From assembly GCA_043228905.1 (NCBI GenBank), contig JBHGNT010000018.1:11346001-11410000 (forward strand): a DNA stretch of 64,000 nt, read 5' to 3'. The notes below the pieces were generated by a model. The model made no database searches, had not been told where the DNA came from, and saw only the letters and a list, made by a program, of their open reading frames with translations. The translations under genes were made by a program, and so were the position numbers. This document shows, in pieces, positions 44,384 to 55,804 of the stretch. The number at the start of each line of letters is the position of its first letter. Position 1 is the first letter of the stretch. This DNA is from Azolla caroliniana (taxonomy: Eukaryota; Plantae; Polypodiophyta).

Positions 44384-46161
44384 CGTTCATAGATGACCAC
44401 AGTAGGATCAGGTGCTATCCGTCTTCAAAGAGCTACATGCGAGAGTGGAAAGAGAAACCGGTCGGAAGCTGAAGGCGGTTCGAGCAGATAATGGAGGAGA
44501 ATACCGGGGGCAGTTCGAGGAGTACTACCACTCGAAGGGAATCCGGCTCGAATTTACCGTGCCGAAGACGCCGGAACTAAATGGGCTGGCCGAGAGGATG
44601 AACCGGACCATAATGGAGAGGGTCCAAAATATGTTGGCGCATGCAAAATTACCCAAGACGTTTTGGGCTGAGGCACTATTGACGGCGACATATGTGATAA
44701 ACAGATCACCCTCAATACCCTTGGACGGAGACACGCCGCAGAGAGTCTGGACCGGTAAGGAAGTGTCCTACCGGCAAGGTGTTCAGGTGTCTCGTGTACG
44801 TGCATGTTGCTAAGGACCGGAGAGGAAAGTTGGATCCAAAGACCCAATCATGCATATTCCTCGGATACGACGATGATGAGTTCGGCTACCGAGTGTGGGA
44901 TCCGGTGGACAAGAAGGTTTTCCGGAGCCGAGATATTATCTTCATGGAGGACAAGACTCTTGCCGACTGGGAGTCAGAGAAGAAGATAATGAACTCCGAT
45001 GAGATTCGGACCCACCCAGCTAAGAGCCGGTTGACACTCGAGGAACCAACCGATTATAGTGTGGATACTGAACCGACATAAGAAGAAGTAGAGGAAGCTG
45101 AAGCTGGAACCGGCCAAGACCCCGAAATAGACTCGGATGAAGATCAAATAGAGGAGCCGGTTGCCGAAAGCCAAAGACAGAGATATCCTCTCAAAGAGAG
45201 AAGGGCTCCCTAGAGATTTCCAGATGCAGAGCATGTGTTGCTGACCAATGAGGGGGAGCCGGAAAGCTTCGAAGAAGCGAAGGATGACACCAATAGCCGA
45301 AAGTGGTTGAGTGCCATGCAGGACGAGATGGATTCCTTGCATGAGAACCACACGTATGAATTGGTGGAGTTGCCAAAAGGAAAGAGGGCACTCCGAAACA
45401 AGTGGGTGTACAAGTTGAAACCGGGAGATGCCGGCAACCCTCCAAGGTACAAAGCCAGGATCATGGTGAAGGGGTTCCAGCAGAAGAAGGGCATGGACTT
45501 CGACGAGATATTTGCCCCGGTAGTAAAGATGACTTCCATCCGGACAGTGTTGAGCATAGCGGCAAGCATGGACCTCGAGGTAGAGCAGTTAGACGTGAAG
45601 ACGACGTTCCTCCACAACGACCTCGAAGAGGAGATCTACATGCAGCAACCGGAGGGATTTGTGAAGAAAGGACAGGAGCACCTGGTTTGCCGGTTGAAGA
45701 ATAGCCTGTACGGACTGAAGCAAGTACCCCGGCAATGGTACCGGAAGTTCGACTCCTTCATGACCGATCAAGGGTACCACAAGACGCAGGCCGATCACTG
45801 TGTATTTGTGAAGAAGTTCGAAGGTGGAGACTTCCTGATACTCCTTCTGTATGTGGACGACATGTTGATTGTCGGACGGGACCAAGCCAAAATACGGATG
45901 ATGAAGAAGGCTCTCAACCGAACTTTCTCAATGAAAGACTTGGGCCTGGCAAGACAGATACTGGGAATGCACATCATCTGGGACCGGTGAAAGAAGAAAT
46001 TGTGGTTGTTATAGGAGAAATACGTGACAAAGGTGCTTCATCGGTTCAACATGCTAGAAGCGAAAGCGGTCGGATCGACACTCCCGGCAAACTGTAGATT
46101 ATCCGGTAAGCAAAGCCCGAAGACGAAGGCAGAGAAGGCGGAGATGATGAAGGTTCCATAC

Positions 46162-46909
46162 TGACGGGAACCCAACGTTCCTTATGTCCGACGCTCGGCC
46201 ACAACCGAGATTCTTTACTTTCACAGAAAAACAGGAAACGAAAAAAAAACGCGACACAAAAGGAGAGAAGAGGTACACAGGAGGTTTACGTGGAAAACCT
46301 CAAGCTAGGGGAAAAACCACGGCAGCCCACAGGCTGCAAACTGTCACTATGTATGAATGTACAAAACAATGAGTTCACTGAGGCACCGACCTCGTGCTCA
46401 CAAATCTTTGCCACAGGCGGCGGTTACAACAGAGGCAACGACCTCGTCACTCTCTCTCTCTCAGTACAGTTACGCACTCACTTTTCTTCTTGCACCAACA
46501 AGGAAGAATAACTACTACTCCATATTAGTTTGCCCTAAGTCATATTTATACTAATATGACTTTTCGGCTATTTACAAATATAGCCACATTGGGCTCTCAG
46601 AAACATATTTACGAATATGTCTCTTCCTCCGGTTCATACTGGGCCTGCACCATCCGGCTCTCCGAAGCCGGGTACTCCTCATCCGGTTCATACCGGGCCT
46701 GCACCATCCGGCTCTCCGTAGCCGGGTACTCCTCGTCCGGTTCATACCGGGTCTGTATCATCCGGCTCTCCGTAGCCGGGTACTCCTCGTCCGGTTCATA
46801 CCGGGTCTGTATCATTCGGCTCTCCGTAGCCGGGTACTCCTCATACCGTTTCGGCCGAGGCCGATACCTTCCCATCCGGAGGGACCTGTCTCCCAACAAA
46901 CTCCCCCTC
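46162..46909 (-). mobile_element. Family A 3' LTR (46162-46898) with PPT stub inside Copia RT
   Basis: Closely similar to 43545-44383, with about 4 copies of the 54-bp unit. Followed by AACTCCCCCTC (PPT on minus). The host frame KVPY|..AVGSLMY resumes at once. No matching TSD. Confidence 0.92.
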
Positions 46910-49050
46910 TGCCGTCGGGAGCTTAATGTACGCAATGGTGTGTACTCGACCAGATATTGGATACGCAGTTGGAGTGGTGAGCCGGTTTATGAGCAATCCC
47001 TGCAAGGAGCACTGGAACGCAGTCAAATGGATACTCTGGTACCTGAAGGGCACTTCGAATATGTGTCTCCGATTCGGCTCTGGTAAACCTCAACTTGACG
47101 GTTTTACCGATTCGGATATGTCGGCTGATGTGGATACCAACCGGTCTACATCCGAGTATGTAATGACAAATGCAGGGGGAGCTGTTTCGTGGCAGTCGAG
47201 GTTGCAGAAGACGGTTGCGTTGTCAACTACGGAGGCGGAGTACATGGCATGGCGGCTGTGGAAGCCGGGAAGGAAATATTATGGATGAAGGACTTCATCG
47301 GAGAGCTTGGTATCTGACAAGATGAATACTGGCTCTATTGCGACAGGCAAAGTGCCATCAACCTTGCTAAGAACGTAGCGTACCATTCTAGGACGAAGCA
47401 CATCCAACGTTGTTACCGGCCGGCAAAGGAGTCCAGAGTGTGAAACGGAGAGTTATTTAAGTAGTAGGAATGTGGTTGTAATTAAGCTATGAGTGTGGAC
47501 GGACGGACCAGAATCGGTATGCCGTTCCGGATCCGAACCGATCCCGAACAAGTGCGAATGGCACCGTTTTGTAATACAGACCGGAAACCTATTTAAAGCC
47601 CCGTATATAATGTAATGGGGAGCGGTGAATTAATAAAAGCTTAGCGTTGTTATCTATCTGTGTTAATTGCCGTTCTGTCTTAATTGTTATATCTTACGCG
47701 TGTGTTTATGAAAGACGATCATAATAAGTAACTTAATTAAGTCGGAGTAAGCGTTGAGTCTAATCCGGTTGCCGTAACACCCTTTGGTGAAGTGTCTTCC
47801 GTAGACACCCTGTGTTAGGCCATTGTTCGGCCCTAAGAGTTAACACAGTTTTTGGCGACCACAATTCCTGTTTTTGCAGCGAATGACGGCACGGATGGAT
47901 GTCTAGATCAACGCACGACCTGGTTACAGATCGAACTCGACGCCTTGCCGAAAGGCAAAGGAGACGCGAGGCTTTCCAGCAAGCGGCGCAGGAAATTAGA
48001 GCGGATCACTCGTTTTCCAACGTAATCCGGAGAGTAGCGGAGGACTCCCTTTGGTTACAGCAAACATCGCACCCGGACGACGGTAGCAACCTAAGCAGCC
48101 TCCGGGAAACCGAATCCCTTCTCCACGCGTTGGCAAACGGAGAAGGCGAAGCAGAAGCCTTTTCAGCATATTAATCGGACTCCGAAGGGGAATACAGCGT
48201 GCACACGAACTACCGTAGTAGCAACGAAACCCCGGGCGGACCGGAGGACGAAGGATCGGATACCTTACCGACACCGGAACCGGAAGTGCTAGCGCTGGAA
48301 CCCCCGGAACCAGTAGAAGAAGAGCGACCTCCGACATCGGAAGTCGAAGAGGAGAGACCTCCGTCACCAAAAGAAGGGAAAAACCACCGATGCCAGAAAC
48401 AAATCGGGAAGGACCACCGACACCGGACAAAATTCCAGAACGAGCACCAACACTGCCAGCCCGCGCACCGATACCGGACGACGACATGCCGTTCCAGTAC
48501 TCGAAGTATAGAGATGATCCGAACGCGGAAGCTCATGTGCACGCCTTTGAACAAACATGGGAAGCCAACCACGTGTCCCAGCGATTGACCCCGAAGGAAG
48601 AAGAACGCTCTAAGATAGCGGAATTTGGCGTCATATTGGAGGGACCGGCAGCAAGATGGCGTCGGACGTAGGACCCGTCTACCATCAACACCTTTGCAGA
48701 TTTAAAAGCTAAATTCTTGCATTTTTTTCAAAAAGAGGTGGACCAAACCATAATGGTAGGCTTATTTTATACCATCCGACAGGAGGCAGGGGAGAGCATT
48801 CCCCAATTTGTCATCCGGTTTCAACGGATGCATAGTCAGCTTGCCCGCGCATCCCCGGAGGAGGAATTACGTACTATATTTCTAAACGCACTCCGGGAAC
48901 CTCTACGCACGGTTTTCCCGGTAATTGACTTCCGCACAAGTACCATCGACCAGGTCATTGACCGGGTGAGAGAGATGGAAAAGACAAGCTCATGGCTCAC
49001 ACTGGGAGCACTTCAACGGGCGTTACCGTCCGATGAAGACCTCCGGTTTC

Positions 49051-49469
49051 TGTTACCGGCCGGCAAGGAGTCCAAAATACGGAGTGAAGGAATTAATTAA
49101 GTATGGTTGTAAATAAGCATAGTGTGGACGGACGGACTGGAAACGGTATGCCGTTCCAGATCCGGACGGATCCCGAATAGGTGCGATAGGCACCGTTTTG
49201 TACTACGGGCCGGAAACCTATTTAAAGGCCCGGACCCCATTGTAATCGCAGTGGATAATTAATAGAGCGTATGGTGTTTATACTTCTGTGTTGATGTCCG
49301 TTCTGTACTTACTGTTATATCTTACGCGTGTAATTAACAAAAGCGCTCTAATCGTGTAACCTACTTAGGTCGGTGTAATTGTTGAGTCATAATCCTATGC
49401 CGTAACCACCCTTTGGTGAAGTGTCTCCGTGACACCTTGTGTTAGGCCTTGTCCGGTCAGAGAATAACA
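49051..49469 (+). repeat. D2 5' LTR
   Basis: TGTTA...TAACA termini. TATA-like CCTATTTAAAGG near 49217. Confidence 0.97.
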
Positions 49470-49522
49470 CAGTTTTGGCGACCACGATTCCTGCTTTCTC
49501 GCAGCGAACGACGGCTTAATGG

Positions 49523-52500
49523 ATGACTAGACCAACGCACGACCTGGTTACAGACCGAGCTCGACGCCTCGCCGAACGGCAAAGACGGCGTGAGACTTTC
49601 CAGCAAGCAGCGCACAAAATTCGCTCGGATCGTTCGTTCTCCAACGAGATCCGGAGAGTCGCGGAGGAATCTCTTCGGTTACAGCAAACTCGCGACCAGG
49701 ACGACGGAAGCGGTCTAAGTAGTCTCCGGGAAACCGAACGCTTCCTCGAGGCGCTGGCAAGCGGAGAAAACGAGGCAGAAGCCTTTTCAGCCTACGAATC
49801 GGATTCCGAAGGGGGATACAGCGTGCACACGAACTACCGGAGCAGCAACGATACCCTCGGCGGCCCGGAGGACGACGGGTCGGATACCGTGCCGACTCCA
49901 GAACCGGAACCGTTCGACCAGGGCTATCCGGAACCGCAAACGGAAGCCGTCAACCCACCAACACCGGAAGTGGAAGAAGCAAAGCCACCGACACCAACGA
50001 AAGAGCCGGCGAAGGTACCGGAAGAAGAGCCGGTGAAGGAACCGGAAAAAGAACCGGAAGAGGAACCGGAAAAAGCACCGGCAAAAGAATCGGAAGTGGA
50101 ACCGGAGAGAAAACCGGAAAGATATCAACAAACGCCACTAAACCGCGGCCTAATACTGGACGACGACATGTCGTTCCAATACTCAAAGTATTGCGATGAT
50201 CTGGACGCGGAAGCGCATGTTCATGCCTTCGAGCAGACATGGGAAGCAAATCACGCGTCCCAGCGATTGACACCGGAGGAAGAAGAACGCTCGAAGATAG
50301 CGGAATTCGGGGTCACGTTGGAAGGACCAGCGGCACGATGGCGGCGGACGCAGGACCCGGCGACCATCACAACCTTTGCAGAATTAAAAGCAAAATTTTT
50401 GCATTTTTTCCACAAGGAGGTCGACCAGACGACGATGGTGGGCCTGTTTTATACGATCCAACAGGAGGCAGGGGAAAGCATTCCCCAATTCGTCATCCAC
50501 TTCCAACGAATGCATAGCCAGCTTGCCCGTGCACCCCCGGAGGAAGAATTACGGACGATATTTTTAAACGCACTCCGGGAACCGTTATGCACGGTGTGTA
50601 CGGTGATCGACTTTCGAGGAAGCACCATTGACCAGGTCATTGACCGGGTCAGAGAAATGGAAAAGTCAAGCTCATGGCTTACACTGGGAGCACTGCAACG
50701 GGCGTTACCCACAGATGAAGATCTCCGGTTCCGGCAGGCAATTCAATGCACAATCTGCTTGAATGCCGGACACTCGGCAGTGGAGTGCACCATGCGAACC
50801 CAGTGTGTGATTTGTCAATCCAAGAGTCATACAACGGACCGGTGCGAGTATAACCTGCTAAACCGACAAGCACCACCCGTTCGACGGATCGAGCCAAGAA
50901 GCAGCCGAGACGAAGATGAAGATCGTTGGCAAAGAATGAACCGGTACCGACCGGCACAGGATGTCCGGTACGGAGACAGACAAGAGAGTGAGGGCCGGTA
51001 CGGGGATCGGCATGATAACTACGACCGGTATGAGCGATCGGACCGTTATCGGGAGTCCAACAGACGACACGAGCAATACGACAGAGACCATTCCCCTGGT
51101 TACCGAAGGCACCAGGAGGACTACGGCCGATTTTACGATCCACCACGACAGGACTACCGAAATAAAAATAAGAATAATAAGAAACGTAATTTCAAGAAAG
51201 GTGGTCACACTAGGGACCCGGAACATGGAACCCCAAGGAGCCAACCGGCACAGAACGCACCACTCACTACGGGACCGACTCCGGCTACCAGCAATGCTGA
51301 ATCCAGCAATACCTGTAAAGAGTACTGCTACTACTGCAGGCAGGAAGGCCACTACAGTAACCAGTGCCCGGCAAAGAGCTACGATAAACGACCAGCAGTT
51401 AATATGGTGGTTCCGGAAGTGGCGGATGTACAGCAAGTAACCACACGGTCGAAAGGCATGGCCAAAGAGTGGGAAACACAAGAGGCCATACGAAAACAGG
51501 CGACGGAATGGGTGAAGGAAGCCAATGAAAGGAACGTCGCGGACGCGGAACGGCAAAAGGCGAATACCATAGGGAGTGCCGGTGGTAGCCACGCAGAAAA
51601 CGAGACATGGCAAGCACTGCAAGAATGTCAGATCACGTTGCCATTAGGAAGACTCTTGCAGCTCGTGCCGCGATTTACGGAAGGACTAAAAACGGTCATG
51701 ACAGACGGTATAGCCCCACTGGCACCAGTCCTCTTCTCGAATCCGGAGGAGGGACCGACGGTGGTGGACACTAGTAGTCCGGTGATTACAGCTATTGTCA
51801 AAGGGCACGAACTTCCCGGCACAGTAATCGATGGATGTTCCGGGGTGAACGTAATAAGCCTCCGCACGTGTGATGCCTTGGGTATACATGAATGGGAGCC
51901 ATGTCCGTTCTGGCTACGGATGGCGGATACGAGCTCTGTACGGCCGACGGGCTTAATACGGAAATTGGAAGTCACCATAGGAGGTCACACATTTCACATC
52001 TCGGCTGTAGTGCTGCAGCTACAGGCGCAAGGCGCGTACCCACTGTTGCTGGGCAGACCATGGTTGAAAACAGCACACATCAAGCAAAATTGGCGGAAAA
52101 ATATGATTACCTTCCGGCGCGGAAAAGCCAAGGTCCGGGTACCGACACAACCACGGACAAGCAACGGTAAGGAATGCACACCGCTGTATGCGGAATGCGT
52201 GAACATGCTTGAAGGGTTGGCAGACGACGAAGAAGCCCAGTACTTGGAGGAACACCCGAAGATCGTACCACTTTTCGAGATTGACGTGGCTGAAGCCGTA
52301 GCGCCATACTTGCCGCAGCGGGACGAAACCGAAGCCGAACCAGACAAAGATTCGATTCGGGAATTACGGCAAGCACAGGAAGCGTTGGAACGGGAAATGG
52401 CCGTTTCCCAACGGGTAAAAACATCCCAGCTCGACGAAGTGAACCTAGGAAGCAAGGACGAATCAAAGCCGGTACACATCGCCAAAGAAATGAAGCCGGA

Positions 52501-55404
52501 AGATAAAGCGGCAATGATCAAACTTCTCACGGAGTTTCGCGACATATTCGCCTGGTCATACGAAGACATGCGAGGGCTGGACCCTCAATTATATCAGCAT
52601 CAAATCCACTTAGGCAAGGACGCGAAACCAGTGGCGCAAAGACGTTACCGAATGAACCCCAACTACGCTGCCAAAGTGAAGGAGGAAATCGACAAACTCC
52701 TAAGAGTGGGCTTCATCCGGCCGGTAAAGAAAGCGACGTGGCTGAGCCCCATCGTCGTCGTCCCAAAGAAGAACGGTAAAATCCGCGTGTGTGTAGATTA
52801 CAGGAAACTAAATGCAGCCACAATTACGGATGCATTCCCTCTTCCGTTCACGGATGGAGTACTGGATGCCGTCGCCGGCCATGAAGTTTATAGCTTTTTA
52901 GACGGGTTCAGCGGATACAATCAAATCCGGATGCACCCTGACGACCAGGAGAAGACAGCGTTCGTCACCGAATGGGGGTGTTTGTGGCCGTAGTAATGAT
53001 GTTCGGACTAAAAACGGCACCAGCAACTTTCCAGCGAATCATCATGGAGATCTTCGGCGAATACATTCCAGCCTTCATGCAGGTTTTCCTGGATGACTTT
53101 GCAGTCTATAGCCGGGAAAAAGACCATTTGCAGCACCTACGGTTATGCCTTGAAAAGTGTAGGTTATACCGGCTAAGCTTAAACCCAGCAAAATGCATCT
53201 TTGGGGTTTCAAGTGGAATCTTACTGGGACACATTGTAAGTAAGGAGGGCATTGCGGTCGACCCGGACAAAGTAAACGCGATACTAGGGGCACCGGCGCC
53301 GAAAACGGCCAAAGCACTAAGCCGATTCTTAGGACAGATCCGGTGGCACAGCCGGATGCTCCGTCACTTGGCTGACTTGGCTACACCATTACACACCGCG
53401 GTACATCGGACACCGTTCCAATGGACGGATACGGAGGATAAGGCATACAATGCCCTGAAGGTACTTTTGTCGCAAGCACCCGTCGTGCAGCCTCCGGATT
53501 GGAGCAAGGAATTTCATGTGTTCGTGGACGCTTCCGACATCGCTATCGGCAGCGCCTTAATGCAACTTACGGAGCCTAAATGGTACCGGCCAGTATATTA
53601 CGCCAGCCGGAAGCTGTCCCAAGCGGAGAAGAACTATTCGACTACGGAACGGGAGGCCCTGGGCATGATCTACAGTGTAACAAAGTTTCGTCATTACCTA
53701 TTGGGAAGGAAGTTCTCCTTTCATGTGGATCACTCGGCGCTCCTGTACTTAGTGTCCAAGGCGTCCCTGACCGGTAAGTTGGCCCGTTGGACCTTGCTGT
53801 TGCAGGAGTTCGAATTCGAGATCTTCCACCGGCCCGGTATCCAGCATGCCGTAGTAGACTACCTGAGCCGGTTAGAGTCCGGAGAATCAGGCGACGGAGT
53901 ATCGGATGAATTCCCGGACGCAGAGTTATTCCGTATCACCCCGGAAACGGCAGCGGACGACACGGTGGCATCAGAAGATAGGTGGCTGACAAACATGCAC
54001 CAGTTCCTAAGCACGGGCCTGCCACCGGAGGAAATGAACCGGGACGAGAGGAAACGACTGGCGGTGCAGAGCCGCAATTTCTGTCTACTACGGGACACTC
54101 TCTACCACAAGGGAGCAGATGGAATATGGAGACGGGCAGTCCGTAGTGACGAGAAACAAGTAATCTTACGGGAAGCACACTGTGGGGTTGCCGGAGGACA
54201 CTATGCCGGGGAAGCGACGGCAAGGAAAGTATGGCAGAGCGGCTTATGGTGGCCCACGACGTTAAAAGACGCCGTCAAGTATGCTAAGGAATGTGACCTA
54301 TGCCAACGAATGGGCCAGCCTACGGAGCAAGCACGTATGCCACACCAACCGGTACTTCCACTAGAGCCATTCCAGAAGTGGGGGTTGGATTTTGTCGGAC
54401 CGTTCAAGCCACCGGCAATGAGAACAGGTAATCGTTATGTCATCGTGGCAACAGATTATTGCACTAAATGGGTGGAGGCTAAGGCCTTGAGAGACAACAC
54501 CGCGTCATCCACAGCAAAATTCATGTACGAGAACATTTGGTGCCGATATGGATGTCCGATTGAATTAATCAGCGACCAAGGAGGGCACTTCCTCGGCCAG
54601 GTAGTTGAAAGCTTAACAACGTTCTATGCCGTGGTCCATAAACGGAGCACACCGTACTACCCACAAGCAAACGGGTTAGCAGAGTCAACCAACAAAACGC
54701 TCCAGAACATTCTCCGCAAAATCGTCAATGAAAACCGGACGGACTGGGATACAAAGCTCCATAGCGCGCTATGGGCGTACCGAACGGCATACAAAACAAG
54801 TATCCGGACAATGCCGTTCCGGTTAGCGTTCGGCTTAGAGGCGGTCATGCCGGTGGAATTTCAGGTACCAAGCTTACGGATCCAACTACGGGAACGGCTG
54901 AATGAAAAGGAGTCGGAGGAAATGCGGCTAGCAGCACTATGCGAACTGGAGGAGCAACGGCTGGCCAGCATCCTACACATGGAATTGGAGCAACGACGAC
55001 GGAAAGCGTTCGTTGACCGTCACCGGAAAGGTAATGAGAAGATGTTCGAAATCGGAAAGCCGGTGCTAGTATTCCAAACGAGGATGGGCAAGATGCCGGG
55101 TAAACTCCGGTTTAGATGGACAGGCCCGTATTGGCTGATACGGGAATACAACGGGTCCTATCAGTTAGGGACACTTGCCGGTGAAGTGCTAGGCAAGTGG
55201 GTCAACGGATTTAGACTAAAGCCCTATAAAGGACCGATGCCAAGTAACCCGTTTATGCAGCCCACCGGCACTATACCGGGAACCTGTTCGGGAACGGTAC
55301 GGATGGAAGAAAAAGATGACGGGGAACCCGTAGCAGAGGCGAAGGAAGACACGGCAACCCGTAAGGAAAACGGTAAGGGTCCGAAGGGACCTACGGATGT
55401 GTAA
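49523..55404 (+). CDS. gag-pol polyprotein of D2 (about 1960 aa), one frameshift in a G run near 52974-52978
   Basis: ORFs 49523-52993 (gag with three CCHC-like knuckles, PR, RT N-terminus) and 52972-55404 (RT FLDD, RH DAS, IN HHCC and DDE). D1 has 6 G at the equivalent site (61180-61185); D2 has 5. Confidence 0.92.
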
Positions 55405-55804
55405 GATCACATACCGTCATTAACAAGAGAAAAGAAAAAAAAAAAGAAAAAAAAAAAAGAAAAAAAAGAAAAAGAAATCATTAAAAATCGAGGTATGAAC
55501 GGACGTGAAAGCAAGGAGCGAAAAGGTACGTAGTGGGCATTTAAGAGCCGCCACATTACTTAATACTAAATTGGTACACGACGTGCGCATGCTCGAAAAA
55601 GGCGCCAAGACGCACAGAGAAAAAGAAGAACGCATGGAGACCTTTTTTTTTCGCGAGCCAAGAAGCACAGAAGCACCAAGGCAGTGGAAGCTTAGCAAAC
55701 GCGAACCTGCACTCAGAGAACCCCCACGTTCGGAACGCTCTCTCTCTCGCTCTCACTCTCATCACCACTCTACCTTGCCATCTTTCCTCAACCTCGAAGG
55801 AGAC

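Larger units (their letters stand above)
40025..47410 (+). mobile_element. Ty1/copia element (family A): 5' LTR, PBS, gag-PR-IN-RT-RH; three internal insertions; cut at RNase H
   Basis: LTR 40025-40667. PBS TGGTATTAGAGC 40671-40682. gag KLTGSNYLVWK. PR WVVDSGALFHLT. IN VRADNGGEY...ELNGLAERMNRT. RT QLDVKTTFLH...LLYVDDML. RH FTDSDM...STTEAEY...TKHIQR. Confidence 0.95.

Noticed and set aside
43940-47086. Repetitive ORFs (SSSGSYRVCIIRLSVAGY)n at 43940-44392, 46556-47086 and 46609-46935
   Set aside because: By-products of the 54-bp (18-codon) LTR repeat.
52960-52995. Programmed ribosomal frameshift between the two pol ORFs
   Set aside because: It lies inside RT, and D1 is continuous at this site with one more G, so it is a lesion or sequencing error.
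55505-55804. GTG-initiated N-terminal extension of the 915-aa ORF
   Set aside because: Eukaryotic context. The homologous D1 leader (63690-63988) shows no long plus-strand ORF, while the ATG of M(E/D)PQ is conserved.
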